A DNA stretch of 64,000 bases from a virus: IMG/VR virus record IMGVR_UViG_3300032431_000003, positions 13,926 through 77,925 of that record; one strand, written 5' to 3'. Of the stretch, positions 54,287-62,644 are shown piece after piece. A model generated the notes under the pieces. It searched no databases. It had not been told where the DNA came from and saw nothing but the letters and a program-made list of their open reading frames with translations. Every line of letters starts with the position of its first letter. The first letter of the stretch is position 1. Position numbers and translations under genes: made by a program.

Positions 54287-55767
54287 GATTTCTCTCTCTT
54301 TGTATTTATGTCTTTAGTATAATTAATTGCTTGTTCTGCGTTGACAAACAGCGACTGACAGCGTTGATCCTCTCCGGCAGCACGGAATACCAAGTCCCCC
54401 TTGCCTAGTAACTTGTGAGCGGGGAAGTCGTTGTCACCCAAGATAATCTTTGTATTTACTATGTCTCTCATCTTTAGGGCAACAATAGCCGGAAGATTAT
54501 TGCGAAGCAAGCCGGAGACAACATCTACTGAAGGTCGCTGAGTGCATAGAATCAACGTAATTCCAGCAGCCCTTCCCTTAGCGGCAATACTGGTTACTAA
54601 GCTATTGATACGAGCAGCTTCGGCTTTGTAGGCTTTTTGGTCTTCTTCATCGCCTTCTTCGAGGATCATCAGGTCTGCGTATTCATCAATGATAACGATG
54701 TCCCAAGGCAATGGCTCGTCATCATTACTCTCGTTATAGATAGCGACACTTGCCCGTCTAGCTTCGGCACAGATTGTCATCTTCTCTGGATAAGTATTTG
54801 ATACAGTCTTCTCCAAGAAAGTCAGAGCTTCCGGCTTGTTTGTAATAACTCGTGCATTGATCGGACTTTGACTAAGCCAACCAAAATCAGGAGACTGCCC
54901 AGCAACCTTGAAGTCAATGACGGTTAATCGATACTGAGCGGGATTGTATCTAGAGAGAGAAGCAACGGCTTGAGTTAGCCAAACGCTCTTACCCCCACCA
55001 GTAGTGGCTCCTACTAGCCAGTGGCAATATCTCTCGTCGGTGACAGGCACGGAAATCAACTTACCATCGACTCCAATGCCTACGGGGATTTCAATGTGTC
55101 CATCCTTGGGCTTGTCGCAGTAATCTTTGAGTAATGGAATTGTCCATTGATCTTCGGGGAGCGTTATGTCAATAGCTAAGTGACCCGGATGAGTCGTAAT
55201 TATAGGCAGCTTGACATTCAAACGAATCATAAAATCTTCGTCATAGTGGGATATTGTCTTGACCCTAGTTCCGATAGTTGCTGGGGCAAATTTAAGCCGA
55301 ACAAACTTCGGTGACTGAGCATAGTCAATGAAGTCTAGGCTATTCTTGCCTTCTCTGGCAACAATGAGTTGGATATCCACCACCCAGTCTTCAATGCAAG
55401 CGGGGGTTTCTTTTTCCTTGATAGTAAAGGGCTTCCATCCTTTCTTTCGGGCTAGAGCCACTAATTCTGTTCTGAAGCTGGGATTCTTTGAGATCGTTGA
55501 AAGACCAAAGAGACTTGCCCCGTCAAGGTGTCCCACAGAAGCTCTCAGAGCCTCAAGGTCTTCTTCGGTGGGTTGATAAGTTGTGCTTTCTTGCTTAACT
55601 ACAAACATAAATAAATCGTTAATATCTTCAATGGCATTAATTACTTCTTTCTGGGTAAATTGTCTTTTCAAAGTTGGACGAATCTGAAGAGACTTTTGAT
55701 CGAGTAAAGCCCTGGCAAATTGCCGGAGCCAAGGGAATGTTGTTAGCAGAAGTCTAGAGGTCATCAT
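54283..55767 (-). CDS. FtsK/SpoIIIE-family DNA translocase ATPase
   Basis: Walker A HWLVGATTGGGKS, IDFK, Walker B IVIIDEYADL, GRAAGITLILCTQRPS, LLGKGD; start reassigned to MMTSR. Confidence 0.9.
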   Translation of the reverse strand: MMTSRLLLTTFPWLRQFARALLDQKSLQIRPTLKRQFTQKEVINAIEDINDLFMFVVKQESTTYQPTEEDLEALRASVGHLDGASLFGLSTISKNPSFRTELVALARKKGWKPFTIKEKETPACIEDWVVDIQLIVAREGKNSLDFIDYAQSPKFVRLKFAPATIGTRVKTISHYDEDFMIRLNVKLPIITTHPGHLAIDITLPEDQWTIPLLKDYCDKPKDGHIEIPVGIGVDGKLISVPVTDERYCHWLVGATTGGGKSVWLTQAVASLSRYNPAQYRLTVIDFKVAGQSPDFGWLSQSPINARVITNKPEALTFLEKTVSNTYPEKMTICAEARRASVAIYNESNDDEPLPWDIVIIDEYADLMILEEGDEEDQKAYKAEAARINSLVTSIAAKGRAAGITLILCTQRPSVDVVSGLLRNNLPAIVALKMRDIVNTKIILGDNDFPAHKLLGKGDLVFRAAGEDQRCQSLFVNAEQAINYTKDINTKREKS

Positions 55768-56081
55768 TTTTGTCTCCAGTTCCTCTTGAAGAACATGATG
55801 GTGGGATAAAGCAAGACAATAGTTCCCCACACAATGAGCATCAAGCATTGTAAGGCGTAATAAAAGAACAAAGCAGTAGCTCTGAACCACCAGTAGTTTC
55901 CTTTGATCGGATGCCAGTGTTGCTGGTTTTTGGCGATGGTCTCTTGGCAGTGACGACACAGAGTTACCGCATTGACCCCCAAGATAGGCTTTGCCCCCGG
56001 AGTGAAGCAATGAGTCACTTGGGGGCGATGAGTCGGGTCAAGGGCGCAGACATCGAAGATACTATTTCGTCTGTTGTTCAT
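55764..56081 (-). CDS. degenerate HNH/Zn-like domain fused to a membrane segment
   Basis: C...H...GVNAVTLCRHC, then a hydrophobic C-terminus; start at MNNRR. Confidence 0.5.
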   Translation of the reverse strand: MNNRRNSIFDVCALDPTHRPQVTHCFTPGAKPILGVNAVTLCRHCQETIAKNQQHWHPIKGNYWWFRATALFFYYALQCLMLIVWGTIVLLYPTIMFFKRNWRQK

Positions 56082-56877
56082 AGAAAGCTCTGAGGGTTTG
56101 GATAGGCTTAATTGGCTGGGAATAATGCTTCCCGTTCTGGGCGTTCTTGGGGAAGGAAGCCCAAGTCTTTGAGGACTTGAAGATTGCTTCCTCGAAGTTC
56201 CCAGCATCAACTAGGGGCAAGACACCAATCTGTTTGAGTAAGGCAATGGCGGCTTTGTCTTGATCGTCTGCACAGAATGTCTTGATTTCTGGGAAAGCCT
56301 TCTGGATGCCAGCAAAAGTGGTGGAAAGAAACTGATACTTTCCAGCAGCATCTGAGCCGTTGCGAACCCCATTGGACTGGGTAAAGCCAACGAGTCGCTC
56401 AGGGTGCTTATTGCAGTCCTGGAACTTCCCACCCCCAAAGTTAATGAAGTAACCATCTTTGCTGTAAGTTCCTTCGGCAAAGGCGATTGTGTTCAAGAAG
56501 GCTTTTCTTCTTGGAGTAACTTCGAGCCCAGAGGGTGACACTGAGGTCGCAGTAGCCGGAGCTTGGGTTTGCCAGTTGGTAGCAAACAAGACTACTAAGA
56601 TAGCCGTGGAAACAAGAGTCAGGTGATCAGACTTCAGCTTCTTGGATATAAATAGCAAGTAGAATGCCGAGAACACAATAGCCCCAGGTAATGCCCCGTA
56701 AGTCATCGCCTTGCCGCTGTCACCCTTGAGGTTCCATGCTTGGCATATTTGGGAGGCTACAGGAGGTAGCTTGCCGCATTCGTCCGAAGTTTTCCGCAAG
56801 TTAATCCCGCCAGCATAAACTCCTCCTGTTATCCCGCCCACCAATGCTGCTGTCAGTAATCCATAAAATTTATTCAT
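56062..56877 (-). CDS. membrane-anchored lambda R-like lysozyme/lytic transglycosylase
   Basis: AFLNTIAFAEGT, AAGKYQFL, QDKAAIALL and WASFP motifs; three N-terminal hydrophobic segments. Confidence 0.85.
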   Translation of the reverse strand: MNKFYGLLTAALVGGITGGVYAGGINLRKTSDECGKLPPVASQICQAWNLKGDSGKAMTYGALPGAIVFSAFYLLFISKKLKSDHLTLVSTAILVVLFATNWQTQAPATATSVSPSGLEVTPRRKAFLNTIAFAEGTYSKDGYFINFGGGKFQDCNKHPERLVGFTQSNGVRNGSDAAGKYQFLSTTFAGIQKAFPEIKTFCADDQDKAAIALLKQIGVLPLVDAGNFEEAIFKSSKTWASFPKNAQNGKHYSQPIKPIQTLRAFYEQQTK

Positions 56878-56924
56878 AAGGAAACCTTGGTAAGTTTGGA
56901 AACCCCGTCTCTTTAGAGCGGGGA
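56875..56924. repeat. dispersed ~50-bp element with CCCCG/CGGGG hairpin, copy 2
   Basis: aligns with 5415..5463. Confidence 0.7.
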
Positions 56925-56928
56925 TTCC

Positions 56929-57609
56929 TTACCTTTTTGGTAAATATTTTTCGGGGTCTTTGGGAATCGTGTTAACGAGGATTTCAAAATGCAAATGTGG
57001 ACCAGTTGAGTGTCCCGTAGAACCCACTTTGCCAATCACGTCAGACTGGCTGACTTCTTTACCAACAGAAGTAGTGATCTGAGACAGGTGGGCATACAGG
57101 GAACTGTAACCACCACCGTGATCAACAACAACCGTGAGTCCATAGCCACCCTGGGTTCCGACAAAAGTAACCTTGCCAGACTTTGTTGCCTTCACTGGAG
57201 TCCCGATGTCTGCTGGATAATCAAGCCCTGCATGGAGCTTCATCACGTTCTCAATAGGATGTAGCCTCATCCCAAACTTGCTATCTGATGGATCATCAAC
57301 TGGATGAATGAATCCTTGAGAACTCGCTGGAGCAGAGCTTGCCGTAGCTGCCGTGGCTGTCGAGGTGTTTCCGTGGATAAAAGACTTGATAGGCATTGAG
57401 ATCACTGGAACGGCTACGACAACAAGGGTAGCTAAGGCAATTCCAGAATGTACTCTTCGCTCCCACTTGCTTGAGGTCGTTGATTCCTTTGCTTGCTTTG
57501 GACTCTCCGCCTTCTCTGTCTTCTCTGTGATGCTGGGAGCTAGAACTCCTTTTATCTTCTCAACAATCTCTTCGGCTGCTGCTGAGTTTAAGTCAATCTT
57601 GATCTGCAT
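56929..57609 (-). CDS. membrane-anchored M23 family peptidase
   Basis: HAGLD, YAHLS and STGPHLHFE motifs; N-terminal TM helix; start at MQIKID. Confidence 0.9.
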   Translation of the reverse strand: MQIKIDLNSAAAEEIVEKIKGVLAPSITEKTEKAESPKQAKESTTSSKWERRVHSGIALATLVVVAVPVISMPIKSFIHGNTSTATAATASSAPASSQGFIHPVDDPSDSKFGMRLHPIENVMKLHAGLDYPADIGTPVKATKSGKVTFVGTQGGYGLTVVVDHGGGYSSLYAHLSQITTSVGKEVSQSDVIGKVGSTGHSTGPHLHFEILVNTIPKDPEKYLPKR

Positions 57610-57619
57610 ACGAACCCCG

Positions 57620-57835
57620 CTAGATGCACAAAGGATTTTTTCCGGTCTTGTCTGTAATAGTCTTGGCAAGGCTACCATCGGGAGGCGGTGGACAAGACTT
57701 TTCTTTTGGAGCTTCCTTGCTTGCCATGTCAGGAAACTTCGGCAGAGAGAATCGAAGAAAATCGGGGCTACTCAAGTTAAGTAACAGTATTGTTAACCCC
57801 AATAACGAGCAACCCCGAAGTACCCAGATGTTCAT
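57620..57835 (-). CDS. small membrane/exported protein
   Basis: hydrophobic N-terminus, 71 aa. Confidence 0.55.
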   Translation of the reverse strand: MNIWVLRGCSLLGLTILLLNLSSPDFLRFSLPKFPDMASKEAPKEKSCPPPPDGSLAKTITDKTGKNPLCI

Positions 57836-57843
57836 GGTCTTTC

Positions 57844-58200
57844 CTATTTCCCAAAGTAACCAGCTTCAATATAGGCAGGAGGAGCGGAAGAACCGCCAGA
57901 AGCCCCGATGCCTCGAACACCAGCCCTTACTTGAACTCCGTTAGTAAGAGTGCCAACAAACATCCCCCAGATTATAGGGATACCCACCGCACCAACGAAA
58001 AGAATTACCGCAGTGTTCACCCAATTCCGATAAACAAACACTCGCTGAACCGTATGTAGGGCTGACCAAGCTACGGCGTTGGGTCCGTAAAGCTTTTCAA
58101 CGTCATGGTATTTGGTTTCTGCAATTAGAATCTCCTTTCTAGAAGATTCAACGGAACCTCCGCTGGTAACAATGCTGATTTCGGAATTTCGAGTAGTCAT
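57844..58200 (-). CDS. membrane protein
   Basis: AGGAG RBS; one long hydrophobic segment. Confidence 0.65.
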   Translation of the reverse strand: MTTRNSEISIVTSGGSVESSRKEILIAETKYHDVEKLYGPNAVAWSALHTVQRVFVYRNWVNTAVILFVGAVGIPIIWGMFVGTLTNGVQVRAGVRGIGASGGSSAPPAYIEAGYFGK

Positions 58201-58210
58201 TTTTCTCTCC

Positions 58211-58576
58211 TTAACTTAGTTGGGCTAATGAACCAAAGTCAGTATCACTACTGTCTTCACCTTCTTTCTCCGTTTCTTCCTCCGTGTCTTCCTTCGAGGC
58301 TTGAGGTAAGCCACTCGCCTGAGACTGTAGCTGAGGAAGTTCTATTCCCTCTTCCGGGATTACCGTTTCTGCTAGGGACAAGACTCCTCCCACTAAACTA
58401 GCTGCTCCCAAGAAGAACAATAACTTGGCGTGAGGGTTGGGCTGGATGACTGTCTGAATGTAATTGATCTGTGGGCTCGGAGCTACATTCATCGTGTAAC
58501 TCTGAGAGCCAATGGCAATCAATGTAAACCCAGAAAGAATGCTGAACCCGCTAAAAAGTAGCTGGATAATTCTCAT
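58211..58576 (-). CDS. two-TM membrane protein with acidic tail
   Basis: two hydrophobic helices; GGAGG RBS. Confidence 0.65.
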   Translation of the reverse strand: MRIIQLLFSGFSILSGFTLIAIGSQSYTMNVAPSPQINYIQTVIQPNPHAKLLFFLGAASLVGGVLSLAETVIPEEGIELPQLQSQASGLPQASKEDTEEETEKEGEDSSDTDFGSLAQLS

Positions 58577-59269
58577 CTACTTACCTCCCTTGACTAAGTT
58601 GTCTATATTAATCTGCTGAATCTGTCGAACTGCATCGGTGTTCCCTTGGCGATCCAGCATGATAGCAAGGGAGTCATTGACAGCTTGCTGGGCTACCAGG
58701 GCTTGCTGAACTTGAGATTCATTGACCATCAATGTCGTCTCAAGGGACAGCATCTGAATGGCTACGGCTTCAAGAGCAGCTTCACTGAGCAACTGAGTAG
58801 CGGTGGGTACAACGGGAATCTTGTCGCCAGTGGCGGTCGTGTACACCTTCGTGTGACTCACAACCCCTCTAGTCGCAGCGACCATCTTGGTGTCATTGGT
58901 TTGCTGGTACTTGTACACGGCGGTTTCAAAGGTATCACCAAAATACACGCCGTCCTTAGTTGTTCGCTGAATATTGATCCACTCACGAAGTTCAGCGGCT
59001 CTCTGAATTGCTACGGTCTGAAGCAATCCGGCACTGCCAGCCGACACGTTTCTCGGATCGAAGTTGAAGGTAACTACCCCCTTGAGGAATTGATCTCTAG
59101 AACCTGCTAAGTCTGCTTTTGCATTGTCAACGGCAGTCGGTGGTGACGGTGGAAGCTCGGCGGGAGGTCGGCTCATGAGGATCAGTATCCAAGCTCCTCC
59201 AGTAGCCAAAAGAGCTACAGCAGGAAGTAGCACCGCTCTAGGAATCTTAATCTTGTTAACTCTAACCAT
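58577..59269 (-). CDS. membrane-anchored protein
   Basis: N-terminal TM helix, Pro linker, helical ectodomain. Confidence 0.7.
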   Translation of the reverse strand: MVRVNKIKIPRAVLLPAVALLATGGAWILILMSRPPAELPPSPPTAVDNAKADLAGSRDQFLKGVVTFNFDPRNVSAGSAGLLQTVAIQRAAELREWINIQRTTKDGVYFGDTFETAVYKYQQTNDTKMVAATRGVVSHTKVYTTATGDKIPVVPTATQLLSEAALEAVAIQMLSLETTLMVNESQVQQALVAQQAVNDSLAIMLDRQGNTDAVRQIQQINIDNLVKGGK

Positions 59270-59477
59270 AGTTCCCCTCGTAAGCTTCGTTGATTAATAC
59301 GTGCTGAGCAATACACAGAACTGTCAACCCCACAACCAATGGAAGGCTGAGATTCATTCCGGCAATACCAACGACGGAGTACAAGACGCTCATATGACCA
59401 ACGGCTGTAGCGGCTCCAGTCCAGATGTGAAGATGCTCGGTCAATTCACTTTTAATTATTTTGAATAGTTTCTTCAT
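59262..59477 (-). CDS. small membrane protein
   Basis: hydrophobic 71 aa; coupled on both sides. Confidence 0.6.
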   Translation of the reverse strand: MKKLFKIIKSELTEHLHIWTGAATAVGHMSVLYSVVGIAGMNLSLPLVVGLTVLCIAQHVLINEAYEGNYG

Positions 59478-59697
59478 TATTTTTGGTAGAAGCAGTTGTG
59501 AGTAAGTAAACCAGTGATTAACACCGAGAGAAACACGAGGGGAAAGAAAACTAGGTCTGGAGCGTTAAACAGCTTGCATCCGGCAGATGCTGTCATTCCA
59601 GCAAAGGAGCCAATGACAATCGATGTCTTTACTGCTACCTGCTCCTGCTCCTTCGCCTTTACTAGTAACTGGAGATACTGACCTTCGATGGGGTCTA
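59477..59697 (-). CDS. two-TM reading frame lacking a canonical upstream start
   Basis: LDPIEGQYLQLL...FFPLVFLSVLITGLL..QK*; stop overlaps the next ATG (TAATG). Confidence 0.4.
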
Positions 59698-60240
59698 GTT
59701 GCCTCCGCCTAACAGTAACTGACTCTCCTTGCGAGGCTGCAAGGCTAGTAGCTGCCTCGGTTCCTTGGGCATGAAAGCTAGCATTGATGCCACTGAGTTT
59801 GACTGGATACCGTTTCCCAATCCTAGGGCAGCTACTTGTTCTGTTAAACCAGCGGATTCAATGAGTTCGTCGAAGGGCAACTCAATGCTTTTTTGGAAAG
59901 CAACGGTTTCTAGCACTCTGTACATTGCTCCTATCTGCCGACCAGAAATAGCTGCTGCAATAGCCAAGTCTTCACTATTGCCTAAAGACATCTGCCTCGT
60001 CTGGGCTGAATGCTCAGAGCCAAAGTTCTCAACAGCGTCAGCTTCTTTCTGTCCTTGAATTGCATTTTTGATTTGGACTTGGGTTAGTCCGGTAATGTAA
60101 GACTTTGCAACCGGGGCTTCCAAGGTGATGCAGCTTCCTAGTTTCTCGGCAGATTCCAGATATGCAGTTTCTGTATGAGGTAGTCCGAGCTTGGTGTGGA
60201 CTTGACTTAAATAGACTTTTTTTGTGGTAGGGGTAGGCAT
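59695..60240 (-). CDS. hypothetical protein
   Basis: start at MPTPTT with GGAG RBS. Confidence 0.65.
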   Translation of the reverse strand: MPTPTTKKVYLSQVHTKLGLPHTETAYLESAEKLGSCITLEAPVAKSYITGLTQVQIKNAIQGQKEADAVENFGSEHSAQTRQMSLGNSEDLAIAAAISGRQIGAMYRVLETVAFQKSIELPFDELIESAGLTEQVAALGLGNGIQSNSVASMLAFMPKEPRQLLALQPRKESQLLLGGGN

Positions 60241-60241
60241 T

Positions 60242-60604
60242 TTAATCTCCAAACGGGTTGATGTTGTTTTCTTTGAGCTTTTGTAAGTGCTGCTCGACAC
60301 TGTAGTTCAAGGTAGATCGAAGGTAACTATCTAGGCGTTCCCAGAGGGTCAAGGATTGCTCCCCGCAGAAGACCTCCTCAATGAAGACGTTCCCTGTTAG
60401 TCTTAGTCCCCATCGCCTGTTCGTTGCAAGATGATAACAATCAAGTTGAGCGATCTGGTCTTGAGTAAAATAACTGTCCTTTCTTTCTGTTGGGAGTCCC
60501 AGCGCAACCCTCCATCTATATATGGTTGATCGATTGACCTTGTATCTTTTTTCTGAGAGTTCCTTGAGACTAAACTCAAGATTAATAACTGGTAGCTCTT
60601 TCAT
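60242..60604 (-). CDS. HTH DNA-binding protein (MerR/excisionase-like)
   Basis: SLKELSEKRYKVNRSTIYRW...FTQDQIAQL; start at MKELP. Confidence 0.65.
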   Translation of the reverse strand: MKELPVINLEFSLKELSEKRYKVNRSTIYRWRVALGLPTERKDSYFTQDQIAQLDCYHLATNRRWGLRLTGNVFIEEVFCGEQSLTLWERLDSYLRSTLNYSVEQHLQKLKENNINPFGD

Positions 60605-60667
60605 TTTGTTTCGGCATCGATTTCTCCTAACGAATTTGCGTGGTTTCAGCCTGTTTTTCGTAATTCG

Positions 60668-60775
60668 TGCAACATACAGAGGACATCCTCGCACTGTGCA
60701 ACGTAGATGCAACATGAATGCGCTCTCGTTGCATCTACTGAAATTAATATAAAGCCACCCCTCATGGGATGGCAA
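60668..60775 (-). promoter_or_regulatory. promoter with downstream TGCAAC operator-like repeats
   Basis: TTGCCA-N18-TATATT on the minus strand; TGCAAC at 60668, 60697 and 60708; inverted repeat GTAGATGCAAC/GTTGCATCTAC at 60703-60738. Confidence 0.5.
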
Positions 60776-60822
60776 TAGATGGACTACATTTTTGGAATAC
60801 ATAACTATTACACCTGTAATAG

Positions 60823-61227
60823 TTAACCTGAACTCTCCTGCCGTCTCTTCTTCTGGGGAGGAGGAACTCGGTAACGAGGAACGCTATCAGACACCAGCAG
60901 AAAACGAAGGATAATGTCGAGGGAACCCAAGAATGCTTCGAGAACCAATGGGTACTTACCTTCAAAAGAGTTAGGATTGCCCTCTCGATTAGTCCATCTC
61001 CATTTCTGGTATGCAGTCTCTGAGTCCGTTGCAGTCCAACGAACGTTCATTACTCCTTTGTCTATAACCAAGTCAATGCAGCAAGCCTTGTAGAATGGGT
61101 CGCCACAGTAAACTCCGTAGATCAAGGGAATCCACTTCTCAAAGAAAACTTGGGGATGCAGTGTTCCTGTCGCTGGGCTCTGGGCTAAAACTTCTTGATA
61201 GGTTGGTCTCTTCCTTGTCTCTAGCAT
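60823..61227 (-). CDS. hypothetical protein
   Basis: ATG at 61227 (MLETRK); start uncertain. Confidence 0.5.
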   Translation of the reverse strand: MLETRKRPTYQEVLAQSPATGTLHPQVFFEKWIPLIYGVYCGDPFYKACCIDLVIDKGVMNVRWTATDSETAYQKWRWTNREGNPNSFEGKYPLVLEAFLGSLDIILRFLLVSDSVPRYRVPPPQKKRRQESSG

Positions 61228-61295
61228 ATTTGGAACTACGGTAAGGTGGTCGGGACAATGGTAGCACAACCCAACCTCGAATAGCATTCTCAACG

Positions 61296-61331
61296 CAAGA
61301 TACCCCGACTATTTCTAATCAGGGTATCTTG
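61296..61331. terminator. stem-loop directly 3' of the tRNA-like element
   Basis: CAAGATACCC / GGGTATCTTG inverted repeat. Confidence 0.5.
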
Positions 61332-61333
61332 TT

Positions 61334-61458
61334 TGCGTGGACAGGATTCGAACTCTGCGGCAGGCGTACTTCTAGGTATCCGTCCCCATTACGCCCAACT
61401 AGACGGTGGTATCCTTACTCATTCGGATTTCAGCTTTAATCCAGACTCGGCAACACGC
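61334..61458 (-). ncRNA. tRNA-like structured RNA with non-canonical central domain
   Basis: GCGTG/CACGC acceptor-like stem, D-loop-like CCGAGTCTGGATTAA and T-loop GTTCGAATC; promoter TTAACA-N18-TAAGAT upstream. Confidence 0.55.
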
Positions 61459-61521
61459 TATCCCACATCTTATCATTAACCGAGAGTTTCTGTTAAAATT
61501 AGCAAAAAAAGGAGCGAAGAA

Positions 61522-61848
61522 ATGCTTACCCTTGGAGACTTTTCAATTTCAGAATTCCGCCAGTTCGGGGCTAAGAACAAGCACAAAAAAATACCTGCCG
61601 TTCCGTTAAAGAAGACAGGCATCTTGGACAAGTGGAGAAAGAGGCTAAAAGGAAAACCAATGAAGGTGTACCTAAAAGGAACTGGAGGAAACAAAAGAAA
61701 GCTGTACTCCGTTGGTGGGCACTTGCGTAAAAGCCATTATGTTGTTGGCAGAACGGGATGGTATGGCAGTGGGGGAATGAATGAACTCAAAGGTACAGCT
61801 AAGCGTAGAGCAAGGAGAGTCCTTCGATCTCAGGGTGGAATACTTTAA
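61522..61848 (+). CDS. basic protein with ISEF leader
   Basis: AAGGAG RBS; MLTLGDFSISEF|RQFGAKNKHKK; TGTTAAAAT promoter at 61491. Confidence 0.7.
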   Translation: MLTLGDFSISEFRQFGAKNKHKKIPAVPLKKTGILDKWRKRLKGKPMKVYLKGTGGNKRKLYSVGGHLRKSHYVVGRTGWYGSGGMNELKGTAKRRARRVLRSQGGIL

Positions 61849-62471
61849 TGCGCCCATCTTGCCCTATAGTCTCGTGCATCAAGGTGGCACAGGTATGGGT
61901 GTCGAGAATACCTACCCAGCCCACCTGCCCAGATAGGATCAAGGAGAGCGTAGAGTTCATCGCCAGTCATTCCTTCAACCCAGAAGTCCATAGCATCGCC
62001 AGAGAGATGCCTGCTGTTGCTAGAACCCCCGGCATTGGCATTGGCTGATGGATTGCGATACCAACTGGTAATCACGAAGGGTTGTTTAATCAAGTCCCTT
62101 GCTTTTTGCGCTTCCGTAGCAATGCGAATCATCCCATCGTAAACTTCTCTCGTCTGAGGTAGTCTCTTCCCATCACGGGTAGCTTCAGCCCAAGTGAAAG
62201 CCCCGCCCTTGATGATCGAAGAAGCTAAGTCTACCTGGGAAAAGTCGGGGACAGCTTCGACTACCAACTGCTCGGAAGCATAGAGCTTAGACAGAGTTAG
62301 GGCTCCTACGATTCCATCGTTGTCAAGTCCATTACTTGACTGGAATCGCTTAACCGCCAACTCAGTGAGTAGTCCAAAGTCACCATCGTCAGAACCTCCT
62401 GGCAAAAGATTGAGTTCTATAAGTTTTGCTTGTAATTTTGTGACTGACAAGCCAACTGATCCTTTTCTCAT
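61845..62471 (-). CDS. endolysin: PG-binding domain + peptidase M15
   Basis: DGDFG..TELAVKRFQ..NGL..DGIVG; ITSWYR..N...GG...SRHLSGDAMD...HLDAR. Confidence 0.88.
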   Translation of the reverse strand: MRKGSVGLSVTKLQAKLIELNLLPGGSDDGDFGLLTELAVKRFQSSNGLDNDGIVGALTLSKLYASEQLVVEAVPDFSQVDLASSIIKGGAFTWAEATRDGKRLPQTREVYDGMIRIATEAQKARDLIKQPFVITSWYRNPSANANAGGSSNSRHLSGDAMDFWVEGMTGDELYALLDPIWAGGLGRYSRHPYLCHLDARDYRARWAH

Positions 62472-62644
62472 AAAAAACCCTCGGTTAGTTTAATTGAAAT
62501 AGCCAGAGCAACTGCTCCAAGCACAACCACGAAGAAACAAAGTATTCCTGCCATGAATACCCTGCCAGCATTGATCGCCTCTTGGATACACTCCGCCAGG
62601 ACGACCAACACTAGCAGTGCAACTAATAGCTGGAATTTATTCAT
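62468..62644 (-). CDS. putative holin (two TM helices)
   Basis: 58 aa with two hydrophobic helices, between two endolysin genes. Confidence 0.5.
   Translation of the reverse strand: MNKFQLLVALLVLVVLAECIQEAINAGRVFMAGILCFFVVVLGAVALAISIKLTEGFL

Noticed and set aside
55768-56010. 5' extension of the FtsK-like ORF
   Set aside because: Overlaps the upstream gene; GGAG RBS and stop-start overlap support a start at 55767
61334-61458. Canonical tRNA or attachment site
   Set aside because: No 7-nt anticodon loop at the expected spacing, imperfect stems and no integrase in the window; reported as tRNA-like only
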